NCBI RefSeq assembly: GCF_021028975.2 | Contig: NC_059425.1 | Span: 74,648,001 to 74,712,000, forward strand | DNA from: Sphaerodactylus townsendi | Taxonomy: Eukaryota | DNA: 64,000 bases | Reading direction: 5' to 3' | Shown here: positions 12,030 to 24,208 of the stretch, one piece after another | Layout of the letters: every line of letters begins with the position of its first letter | Numbering within the stretch: the first letter of the stretch is position 1 | Notes under the pieces: model-generated | What the model saw: the letters and a program-made list of their open reading frames with translations, nothing else | Told to the model about the DNA's origin: nothing | Databases searched by the model: none | Translations under genes and position numbers: made by a program

Positions 12030-14814
12030 GTGCTGGTCCTGGATAAGCAAGGTAAGTGGAGACAGAATTGCAGGCTGCCGCAAGTGATGGGAGGATATCA
12101 GTGATTTGGCCAGCTGAAAAAATTAGTTAGAAGAAAAGGTCAGTCATGAGACAAGAAGACTGGGAAGACAGGCACAGGGAAAGATCATGAGAACTGAGGT
12201 CCACCACCACATATGGCCATGGACCTTTTCCCAGAGGGGCCTGAAGCTGGGTCTCATCTGGAGAAAGTCCTTGTAGCCTTGTCTAACATATATTCTGAAT
12301 CCACAGAAAAGAGGGCCAAAATCCAAGATCCAAGAATAACAGCTCAAAAACTACCAAGAAAAACACATCTGTATTACATAAATGACAGACAAATTAGAAG
12401 AACACCAACAGTTAGAAGAAGCAGATTCAGGACATACTGTCAGGACCTGCTCTGGGCCCAACCCATGCCCAGGAATGGACTCCTCATTTGAGGATGACCA
12501 AGAAAAACAAGGAACCAACCTAGGGGAAAACCAGGACACTTGGAGACAGCTGATACTACTGAATCCACTCCAGACCCAGAGCCCCTGGAATTGAAACATC
12601 TGTCAAAGAACCTCAAAGTTCCCCAAAGATGGTGCTGCCCGCATGCCAGACTCCACGGCAGCCAGCCCCCAACCTTATAGGGCCAGATCCAAAACCACCA
12701 GTCCCCCAAATTCTTCCCCTTCCAGCAGTAGCAGCAGAGACAGCAAGCTACCATGAGGCAGCTTAATGGCAGCAGTGCACAAGGCCGGCAGTCAATATTC
12801 TAGCCACTGAGTCAGATAACTGAACACATACAGGTGCTTTGCAGAATTAGGTCCCAGCCAAGCCCTCACTGGAGGAAGCCCAGGAACATGTGCTTATCCT
12901 CTCTTTAGACTATTTAATCCCTGGGCTAAGCAGAGAATGTTGCTGGTTCAACCAGTTCACGTGGCCAGTGTGCTTTGGTGCTGTGATTCAGGACCTAGCC
13001 TTGCTGACCTCAGAACTCTTTGGATGATGAAACCTTACCTATGGTTACCCTTACTGCTTAAGAGTCTGAAGACTGCTTCAAAATCCAGGAGTCAAAGACA
13101 GAATGTATACATTGATAGAATTCTTCCAGACTGAAAGTCTGTCTTTTATTTAGTGCCATCTGAATAAACTCACTATCATATATCCTATCACTCCATTCAT
13201 CAAGGTCTTCTTCCAGCTTATGGAGGCTTCACCAAACTTGAGTGTTTCTTTGTCCAGTGGCAGAGTGGCTTAAGTTGGAGATGGCTTGTACGCTGAAGGA
13301 AGGTTTTAAACTTTGTTAAGCAGAGTAGTAAAATACATGCTGATAGCTACCGTGCTAAGAGCCATCTCCCTAGAGATCTGATTGATCCTGATCTGCCCCA
13401 TGTTTGACCACGGACAGGCCTTCTTACAAAGGCATGAGAATTGCTTTGATGATGTACAGGATGAAGTGGGTATAGCAAAACATATTTGAATCAGCATTCT
13501 GGTTGCAGTCGTCATAGTATATCTTGTCTCCATTCGTAGGACAGACCATATCTTGAAGAACTGGAAGGTTAACTTTCTGCTCTGTTGCATTTGTCACAGG
13601 TGAGAATGATTGTAAGGGCACAGCAGGATTTTATACAACTGCCATGATCATATTCCATGCATATTTCCATCAAGCTATGCCGTATGGCAAATATTTGGAT
13701 TCTCATATGATTTTTTTTTTGTAAATTGTGATTGTTGTGATTTGACAAATGATTTTTCAGTGTGACTCCAAAGTGATTCAAATCATCAAAGGAGCTTCTG
13801 ATCTCTTTCCAAGAATGGGCTTTTGATTTTTTCTTGCAGGCTGGGGAGGGGGTTTTCACTGACCACTGGCTCACTGCAAATGAAGCTTCCTTACCTGCTG
13901 CTTCCTCAGAGATTCAGTAGATAATACTAGCATATCACAGATTCCCATTATTGTCAGATGGAACAACTATCTAGATTTATATGCTAATAATATGTTAACA
14001 TTATTGGTTTGTTAGCCTAGCACTCATTTACGCAGTTGCATGTAGTCTAGATGCTCTGTGGGATTATTTTTATATGCTTTTATGGCATATTTTATTTAAA
14101 AATTAAAATACTACATGACAAAAATCCGAACCTGAATTCTGGTTAGGGAAAACTGGTTCTCATAAGCTAGAAAGAACTTTTATTTGCTAGAGAAGAAAGG
14201 ACAATCTCTGCTGGAGATACACAACAGAGAAGAAGTTCCACCCTTAAAATCATTGTATAGATTGCTAGATAAGAACATTTAACAGCCAGAAAATCCTAGC
14301 TCCATCCTTTAGTACAGGGAGTGGTCCATTTTGGCTGATTTTACCTGGAGGAAGGAGCTCTCATACCTGAGGTCCATCTAGATGGCCATGTGGAGCAGAC
14401 AAAGGGCTGGTTGCCCAGGCAAAGATTCCAAGGTAATGGAAAGCTTTTACAACACCATTACTTCTAAGCATAAAGATCCTGCCTTAGAATAAGACCAGCT
14501 GGGTCATGTATAGAGACGAGGGACAGAGGATTGTACTTTTTTGTCTTCCTTGCTTAATCTGCTGCTGGCAGAGTATGTGTGTGTGCTTTTTCTTTTTAAC
14601 AACACTTTACTATTTTAAATGCTGATAGTTGTTTGAACTATTTAGGCCTGCACCATTCAAACATGCTATTCAAAACATATGCCAGGGAAAGGAAGCAGTT
14701 GGTTGCTATATTGCTAATAACTTGGGAGTGTCCGAGTGTGCAAGTGTAGTAAGTTGTCCCTGTGGTAACTAATCAGGGGAGTAGAGAGAGGTGTGGGCTG
14801 TAGGCTGGGCTTTT

Positions 14815-15890
14815 AGAGAGCCAGTGTGGTGTAATGGTTAAGAGCAGGTGCCCTCTAATCTGGAGAACCAGGTTTGATTCCCCACTCTGCCACTTGAGCT
14901 GTGGAGGTTTATCTGGTGAACTAGATTAGCTTGTGCACTCCAACACATACCAACTGGGTGACCTTGGGCTAGCCACTATTGAGCTAGCTCTCTCAGCCCC
15001 ACCTACCTCACAGGGTGTTTGTTGTGAGGGGGGAAGGGAAAGGAGTTTTTAAGCCCCTTTGCATCTCCTTACAGGAGAGAAAGGGGGGATTTAGGTCGTT
15101 TCCCCACTTCAAAGAGACAAACCTAATAAACTAGTTTCTTCAGAATTCGCGTGTTTTTGGCCACGCACTCACACTCCCCACTGCAGCTAGTGCCTTGGGG
15201 AAACTTTGCTTTGCTCCGCAGCTTCAGAAATGCAGCACTTCATCACGGCTGCGCAGTCAACGGAAATCAGCAGGATGGGTCTGTTTTCCTATTGGAGTGC
15301 CAATTAGGGGCCGAACCTTCTTTTTAAAAAACCACTGAAGATCGACGTGGAAACGTCACCACGCACTGTTGCCGTCATCATTAAGCTGCCCAAAGCCATT
15401 TCCCCCTTTTTCCGGTTCTGGATTTTGATTGTTCAATGTGTTGCGATGTGAAAACTCGCTTTGATTCAATGATTGATTCAACGAATCACTGAATATTTGT
15501 GCGTACAGAGCGATGTGCAGACGATGATTTCCCAGCCATAATGGCGGATAAAATCGCTGCGTGCGCATCGTAAACACCCCCCCACCCGCCATGCCCTGAT
15601 TGGAGGGAAGGATCTACATCACCGTCAGCAGTGGGAAATGGAACCCCGGGGTAAACCCCCAGAATTTCCCACTCCCCCGCGCTCTGTGCGGGGTTTTCAA
15701 AAAAGTTCACTTCCCTCCAGAAGCAGAAATGATGCGCGCTGAGGGGGTACGAGAGCGGCAGAATCAGGGTGGTTGTGTTGCTGCCATGAATGCAGTGGGG
15801 AGTGTGGCTGGACCCTGCGTTACTTGCCGTGAGTAGTGCACATCAAAAGGTGAATGGGGAAACGGCCATAAATCCAACTTTTCTTCTTTT
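14815..15890 (+). mobile_element. tRNA-derived SINE whose tail is split by a Harbinger-type MITE
   Basis: A box tggtgtaatgg, B box ggtttgattccc; the tail gggggat...ataaatccaac...ttcttc resumes at 15868; same tail in reverse at ~36516 and ~38561. Confidence 0.8.
15094..15867. mobile_element. PIF/Harbinger-like MITE, CpG-rich
   Basis: TIRs ggtcgtttccccact / aatggggaaacggcc; 3-bp flanks tta / ata. Confidence 0.75.
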
Positions 15891-18800
15891 TAATCAGCAA
15901 CATGGAGTGGAAGCTGGGAGTGCTGGCCCTTTCAATTCTGAAATTTACCAGCTTGTAGCAGTGTACTGAAGGAGAAGTGTGACAGAACCCTTCTGAGAAT
16001 TTGGAGAGCCAAGAGTCCTTTGCTATATTGACTTGAGATGAGTACTGGTGCCTAGACATACTTAAGGGAGGAAATTGAGTGAAATGCATGGGTCAATGGG
16101 GCCATTCCTGCACCACCTGGCTTGGTAGAAAGAAGCTTGCTATTGCATCTGGCTGTTGAGTCAGATCTAGAAGGGTAGCTGGTGAGGTTGACAGAGCACT
16201 ACAGTTAGAAATCACACAGCTCACACAAACAGGTACCCCAGATATTCAAGGACTATCTAATTTCCAGGAGCTAGAAGAAGAGGCAGCAAGCATAGAGATA
16301 TAATGAAAAGAGAAATGGCATAATTGGGGACATGAATGAATTGTGCTGAGTTCCAGCATGTCTTCAAAGTTCAAGCATTAAAATATAAAGAGTATCCCAT
16401 AATCACCTCTGGAAGTCTTGCCATCATAGAGGAGATCATTAAAAATCAGCAATCAGATCCTCATAGGATTTGTGCTTATTTGTTCACGGCACTGACTTGT
16501 GAAAATGTTCCTCTGTTAATTTCTAAAATACACTGATGTTTCAGCCAAATGATTGTGACCACCATCCCAACTAACATATGGAAGACATTCCAAAAAGCAT
16601 TGACAAGTAATTCATCAATTATATTAAGTTGTATTTGGACATCACATGACATAAGACAAAAGTTTAGGATAACAAAAGTGGGATTTGTAACACCTCAAAA
16701 TGCAAATATAGATATTTTATTTTGAAAGTCTCCCCTATTAGCGTCCCTCAGTGGGGTAAACTAGAATATCATTAAGAGTGGGTTAGTATACATCTCTCCC
16801 TGCTGGGCTAATTTACTACACACAGGTGCAGGTGGGTCTTAACTTGAGGGAGCATAAAACACACACACACATATATGCCCACCTACAGTGTTGGGGTCCA
16901 CAAAAGTATCACTTCAGTCTACTGCCTCCTTTTGCAAAATATAATATGATTCTCGCACATGTTATCTATTGCAGCCTCCAAAAACAAAATAAAAATATCA
17001 AAAAAAATAAAAACAATGGGACCCTTGATACCGTAAAATGAGTGACCACAAAGCATGACTTCAGAGTATGGTACTATCCTTCCAAGTCTACAGTACACCT
17101 TTTGAGGATCATTCTGTATAATCACACTGGATTTTAAAATTTTATTTTGTGTTGATTTTCTTTGATTAAAAAATAAAATGGCTGTTTAACAATATTCATC
17201 ACTAGTAAGGAAGTAGAAGTGGGCAGTAACATATAACTATAGAGAAGGAGCAAAATTTGAGCTATTAACAGGAAGATATCTATATCATGTAAATTGTGTC
17301 AGCTATTATTAATTCAATTAAGAACTCCACTCAACACCGGGGATATTATCAAGGAAAAAGTAGCTTTAAGCATGTACAGTCCTCAAAACTGAAAGAAAGT
17401 AAGCCTTTTTCCACATCAATATCCAAGAAGTTCAGGAGTCATAGCTTGCCAGTCATATCCTTCAGTCCTACTGACCTCTCTTCTGTAGAAGTGGAACATA
17501 CTGTTTAACATTCTATATGTCCTTGAACAGCATAAGCATTTGAAGATCTTTCAGTTAAATTGATTGATTTAAGATTTCACTCAAATTGTTAATTCAACTT
17601 CATACATTCATAGAGCAGTAATCCCATCTGCAATTATTGACTTCTGAAATGTTTATTAATCCACTGTTTTTGTAAGTTAAGTGGACACCACTTATATTCT
17701 TAGTGTTGGAGTCCTGAAGGAAAGTACTAAAGGTAAGAAGAAAGATGAGGGGCATCAAGGTGCATGCTGATTGGTTATGAAGAGACTGCTGATTGGATGA
17801 AGGAAAAGAACAGATAAGCTGTTGATGAGACAGATTGAGAGAGATTCTGAAAAAGGGGGGACAAGAAAAGATTTTGAGAAACAGTCTGAGCAAGGTGTTA
17901 GTTTGGTAGAAAACTATACAATGAACAAGAGCTCTTATGTGGAATATGGTAGAGTGCTTACAGCTACCTGTGTGAACTGTAGTTTGAGAGTGTGTGACTG
18001 AAAAGTAGAATTGAGTGTACTGGCTAACTTACGCATCACCTATTCTCCTAGGCATGTCATAGTTGAAATTTTTGGCAACATTAATTGGAACTTCAGAACA
18101 GTACTTGACTGGAGGGTTGGTGGATGGCATGCTGAATAAGGGGGGGGGAGGGAGGAGAAATAAAGCACTCGGTTTTGTTAGTTCGAAAACATCTATTTAT
18201 TTTTAAAGAAGGATTTTTAGTGTCACTCCTCTAATCTCACCTTCAGAGTGACTTACTACCTGAACAGGAATAAACACTCTATTGATCTGTTGATTAACTG
18301 GGATCGACAGGGAGTTGGAAAGGCAAATGCCTCTGGTGGTGGCAGTTATTAGAAATTAGATGAAACTGAGATCTGCCTTTCTAATGCCTCAAAAGTCAAA
18401 ATCCCAACACCATCTATCTAAGGTGACATACCTGTGCAAAAGCAGGCATCCAGAAGTGTATCCACATGAAGAACAAAACACACAAAAGCCAAATATGAAA
18501 CAATAGTTCATGAGAGGGCATGGGAAACTGAGTTCAGTCTCCCCTGCTTCCACCTTCTTGCCCAACGAGTATGTGTGTTTTGCCATCAAATCACAACTGA
18601 TTTATTGAATACACCGTAGGGTATTCAAGGCAAGAGATATTAATTTGTGGTTTGCCATTGACTGCTTCCACATCACACCCCTGTTATTCCTTGAGGTCTC
18701 TCATCAAAATACTTGCCAGAGTTAAGGCTGAGAGTGTGTGACCCAGCAGGCTTCCATGGCAGAGTGGGATTTGAGCCTGGGTTTCCCAGATCCTACCACC

Positions 18801-19153
18801 AATCCATGCTGCCTCTCTACTGCCAAACAACTTTTATAAAAGGTATAAACATCCACTGTGCTGTGAACAATCTCTGCCCCCTGACAACTGTACCTTTCAC
18901 ATTTCAAAAATCTGAAATGTATGTTTAAAAATGTAATATGTGAAGAATACAATTTGTTTACAATAGTGCCTATAAAGTATTTGAATTTATAATCATGATT
19001 GTATATTTTCCTCTTCAAATAATTATTTTGAATTATTTGCCACTGTTTTACACTGCTTCCTTTCCAATTAACTTTTGAACAGTTAAGTATTCCCCACAAT
19101 AGCTCACCTGTGAGACTACATCACCTGTGCAATTGGACTGTATTGTTCTACAC

Positions 19154-19301
19154 CAGGGGTAGGGAACCTGCGGCTCTCCAGATGTTCAGGAACTACAATT
19201 CCCATCAGCCCCTACCAGCATGGCCAATTGGCCATGCTGACAGAGGCTGATGGGAATTGTAGTTCCTGAACATCTGGAGAGCCGCAGGTTCCCTACCCCT
19301 G
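19154..19301. mobile_element. 148-bp palindromic hAT (Charlie-type) MITE, copy 1
   Basis: Near-perfect palindrome caggggtagggaacc...ggttccctacccctg; perfect TSD ttctacac. Confidence 0.97.
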
Positions 19302-21429
19302 TTCTACACGTTGAAATGCACTTTCCCCAGATTCAGCTTCCCTGGAGCATTTAAATGGAGTTATCTGATACTGAGGAGGGAACTTGTTTTACTAGCAGGT
19401 GTCCGGTTCCCCAGTAATCCCCATCCCAGGAAGTATTTGCTATTATTTGTTTTCAGATCCCTGTTCATTATCTGATCAGCCTCATCACTCACCACCCTCT
19501 AATGCTGATGCTACACAGTGGAAGCATCAACTGCAAAAGTAGCAAAGCTGTCACGCTTCAGCTTAGTAAAGGTGAAGTCTTGCTTGGCAAATATTGACAG
19601 ACCTTAAAGTGTTTTTGAAAAAGTGCCTTTTTGCCAGATACGCTGTGGGTCCTTAAGTGGATGAAAGATCACAGAACCTCCAAGGCTGGGGTCACAGTCC
19701 CTGTTTGCTGAGCAGGAAATGGATCTATGCACTATAATTACAATAGCAAATGGTTGAATGTGTGCGTGAGTGACTGGGTACTCACTGCAATCCAGTAAAT
19801 TGCTGCATGTTCTTTAGCATCCAGAAGCATCAGCAGAGCTGTGCCTACAATCCAGGTGCCTCTCTCTGGTACTTCAACTTGGCAGAGCGAACAAACAGAA
19901 ATGTTGCACATCCAGTTGTTCCGCCTCTGTCGGTTCTCTTCCAAAACAACACACAAGAATCTTATTTATTTCATTTACTTAATTTATATCCCACCTTTCT
20001 CCCTATGGAGCCCAAAATGATTTACAGCCTCATTCGCCAGTCCTCCATCTTATCCTCACAGCAACCAAGTAAGGTAAGTTCAGCTGAGAAAGAGAGATTG
20101 GCCCAAGGTCATCAAGCAATCTTGTGTGAACCTGGCTCTTCCAGATCCTAACCTGAAGCTCTAGTTAATGCATAATGCTGGTTCTGGTTTAAAATGACTC
20201 TTCGGAAAAGGTGTGTAGGTTCAACACACATTAAATAGGATGTTTTGAGTGGAATGCAGGAACTGACTTAAATATACAGAGAGCTTTCTGACTTTGTTTA
20301 CACAGCTGCAATTGCATGACTGTGCAGCTAGCTTTACCAGATGGAGTTTCTTCCTAAGTTCTCTAAGGGTTGGTTCAAGTTTACGCAAGTGAGGTTATAC
20401 AGTTCTTTCTTGGAGATCAGCTCAAATTGCAGTGTGTTTGTGAAAAGTTTCCTCGTATAGAAACTGCCCCAGTTGCACAATACCAAAGATTTATATAGCA
20501 TTAAAAGCATTCTTCCCACCTAATCTCAGTAATTGTCACATCTTCTAATACAGGTCATCTTTATTGCCCCCATATTGCAGATGAGGAAGCTAAGCCTGAG
20601 AGGGAAGTGTTTGTCTAAGGCCACTTAGGAAGTTTATCACAGAAGCTAGATATTAACTAGAGATTTCCAGGTTCACGTCTCAGTCTATGTCACTGGGTTA
20701 CATACCTGCATTATCCATCTAACATGGTAACACTTTGAGGCACAGCTGATTTTCATACCAGAACACCTTCAAATGTGTACATATGCTCACGTTCACATAC
20801 ACATAAAACTAAGTGATACAGCAGGAAGCTTCATCCTTACCTTCTCCTGTCCCTCCCTGGCAACTGGGGAAGGGGACCCAAACGTTTTTTACCATTACAC
20901 ATCACCACCAACCTAGCCATTCCAAGGTGTTCTCCTTAATAGACTCTGTTTGTTGCACTTCTGTGTCTGGACATGACAAAATAAACAGAAAGTGGGTTGA
21001 GATATATCTGAAGGAGTGGTGGATACAGTGCAGGAGGAAGAACTGCAAGCTTATGGCTATTTATTTTTCCTGGCAATTGCTCCAGCACTACACAGGATCT
21101 TTGCCACAAAATGTTTTTCTAGAACAAATGGTTACACGTTTCTACTAGAACTGATCATATCTTGTTCAGAATTGTTTCTCAAAAATTAAATGCAGTGGTT
21201 GTTGATTTTAGAGATAGGATAATGGTGCTCTGTTATCTGTCAAATGGTATTATCTGTCAAATCAATTTGCTATGCACATTCTTGAGAGTATCAGCAATGA
21301 TCTCTGAGAGGAAAGCTTCCAGAATTTTTTTTTAATTTCAAGAGTTGTATGTACAGATGCCCACAAGGCAGAGGGGACTGTTTCACTTCTTTTGTCAATC
21401 CAAATGTCAAATTAAGAATGTAATAGGAT

Positions 21430-21750
21430 TAGTGAAGGTGACCAAAAAGATAACTAAGTGGGTTCTAGATCAAATAAAGCCTGAACTGTCCCGAGAAGCT
21501 AAAATGACTAATCTAAGGCTATGGTACTTTGGTCACGTGAGAAGACAGGAGTCTCTGGAAAGACAAGAATGCTTGGAGAAAGTTGAAGACAGCAGCAAAA
21601 GAGGAATGCCCAGCATGAGATGGATTGACTCCATAAAGGAAGCAACAGTCCTCAGCCTGGAAGACCTGAGCAAGGCTTTTAACAGTAGGATGTTTTGGAG
21701 GACATAGACTCAAAGAGTTGCCAATGAGTCGGAAGTAACTTGACACCACT
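21430..21750 (+). mobile_element. RTE/BovB-like LINE 3' fragment, followed by a (CA)n tract at ~21757-21779
   Basis: KWVLDQIKPELSREAKMTNLRLWYFGHVRRQESLE...RGMPSMRWIDSIKEA is typical of the RTE ORF C-terminus. Confidence 0.85.
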
Positions 21751-24208
21751 TCACAGACACATACACACACACACACACAGAGTAAAGGTGGCACCATGAG
21801 CGGTGCCAGCTGAGGCAAGAAGTAGTACTTACCCTGTATAGGTGTTTCACTAATCATATAGCGGTTACTATAACTGTGTACATAATCTCAGCAAAACTGA
21901 AAGGCAGGTGTAGAAATGCTGCAGATAAATAAATATTACAATGTTTTTGTCACACCCATTTGTTTTCAAATATAATGTTGAGTGTGGGTTGAGTAGGCCA
22001 GATATCCTAAATTGTTGAAGCAGTACAAGTTTCCTTAAAAGGAAAAAGCATGCACGCACACACTCATGCACATGCCCACCAAAGGCTACATCTTCCAGCT
22101 AACTGTAACCACACAGAATTCTGTCTTTTTCACTGGCTCTTTTCCCAACCCTACTTTGTTCCTCTACGATCCACAGGTAAGCCAGTGTGTCATAACTATG
22201 AGCCACCAGCCGTTGAAAACCATCAAAGAAATATCTTCTAGTGACCATTAGTACTTATTTAGATGTCAGCTAAATAAACAAAATAAAGGAAAGGCTACCT
22301 CCTCAGCTGATGGCCAACACTCTAGTAGTAGCAAAGGTAATCATAATTCCTGAGTCCTGACATTCCCTATTCATCTTAAAGTCTCTCTCTATTAAGGGCA
22401 CGCCTGTTACCACAGCTTCTTCTTATTCCTCCTGGGCTATTAAAAATATGAGTCATCTCACACCTTAGCCACCAAAATGCATTGAACTGTGGGACTCTCA
22501 ATACCTATCTTGCTCAGAGGAAGGAGGTAGAATATTTGACCAGTGTTCTTTCTCTTTCTGTGGCTCAGGGTTCCATAGTCTCAAATAGGGCAGTATGAAA
22601 CAGTAGGCAGGGAAATGTGCTATTTGACATTTCCTGCCTGGTGGAGTACCCCTTTTCTCACAGGGAGACTGTACAACAGCTGGTGTCATAGGGAGACCAT
22701 GAATGGAAGTTATGAATAGTCCAGTGGGAGGTGGGATCATACCACACATTTTGTAAACTGTTAGTTCACCCAGCAAGATCCCTCTCCTTGGTTTTTTCTC
22801 TTGACTCCCAGCTGAGCTTCTGATGGCAGCTGGATGAGATGCCTAGCAAGCCCCTTGCTGGATGGACATTTGTGGGATTAAACATTCATTGTGTATTTCT
22901 GTCTTGTTCCTGGGATGGGATCTACTGAACACCAAGCTCAAGATGGTGAGATACTAATGGCCTGCAGGCAAAGCCACTGAAGGTGCAGGGCAGAAACACA
23001 AGAACAGCTACCAGTAATGGTTTGTGGGGACTGAAAAAAAACTTGGCAGGTTGTCTTGATGAGAGCTTGTAACCAGAGCACTTGAGAATATTCCAGAGCA
23101 CCTACTCTGTTTCCTACAGAAGGAATGGTCTATGATACATAAAAGACTGCCATATAACCAGTGGATCAGCTGCATTATGGTACATATTGCTGCTTTGCAA
23201 AGCATTCCCAGTATGCCTTTTGAACCTGAAGGAACACACCTTTCTTGCCACTAACCCCGAGGGTTCCAGTTCAGGGACAGTACTTTGCAGGGGCCAGGAA
23301 GGGGTCACTGACTGTGCAGATGAACTCCAGTACAAAATACAAAGAAGCAAGAGGTTAAAAAAGAGCAGATGTTCTCTGTATATGTCCACCCTGTTCCTGG
23401 GAGGCAGGTTGCTGCAGCTGTTATTTGCCTGAGGCTCTATTTACATAGACTGGCCAGCATGGGACCCTCCCAGCCATTCTGTTTTCCGTTGGATTTGAGT
23501 AAGTATTTTCTTGCCTGGATTGCTTATTTCTGTGAGTCCCTGTAATAAATTTTTCAACCAATCCCCCCACCCCAAAACCCAATAACAAATCAGAAATATA
23601 GTTTGTGAAGCAGCTTTTTTACTAGGAAGAAATACTGTTGAAATGCTGAAAGACAGCTTTCAAAGAATACCAAGTTTCTCATGAAGTTCAATGTTAAAAT
23701 AAAAACAAAGTGACATATTACTGGATTGATGTCTGGTGACATCATGTTACTTTCTGCTCCTTGGAGGAAGGAATAAACATAAAATCAATATATTCATTAT
23801 AATAAATCTATCCTATAAAAACAAAGAGGTTTGCAACACACATGTAGCCCATTAGTACATGTTAAGTTTTTTTTAAAATGCTTTATTTAGATTTCATAAA
23901 GATATATTAGGTATAACATTACAGTATTTTTCATTCGCATATCTTAACTGAGAAGAAAAAAGGAGAAAAGGAAAAGAGAAGAAGAGAGAAAAGAAAAAAT
24001 CAGAAAGAAAAAAATCGCCATCTTGAAAAAGGAGAAAGAGAAAAAGAAAAAACAAGAATAATATAACAATTTCCATCAATCATAAAGTCTAGTATAATCT
24101 TTAACATCATTATTTATCAAATTCAGCAGCTTCCATCTGCGCGTACTTTGTTGGTTTTCAAATAAAGTTATTAAACAAAATGAATGTTTTGAACAGTATA
24201 TTTTTGTT

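Noticed and set aside
12140-14520. Possible ancient DIRS element (EVHLDGHVEQTKGWLPRQ near 14360 resembles the DIRS RNase H end)
   Set aside because: No intact RT or recombinase motifs; cannot be supported without a search.
14815-14895. tRNA-like A and B boxes (also 36431-36505)
   Set aside because: SINE heads continuing into SINE bodies; no complete cloverleaf.
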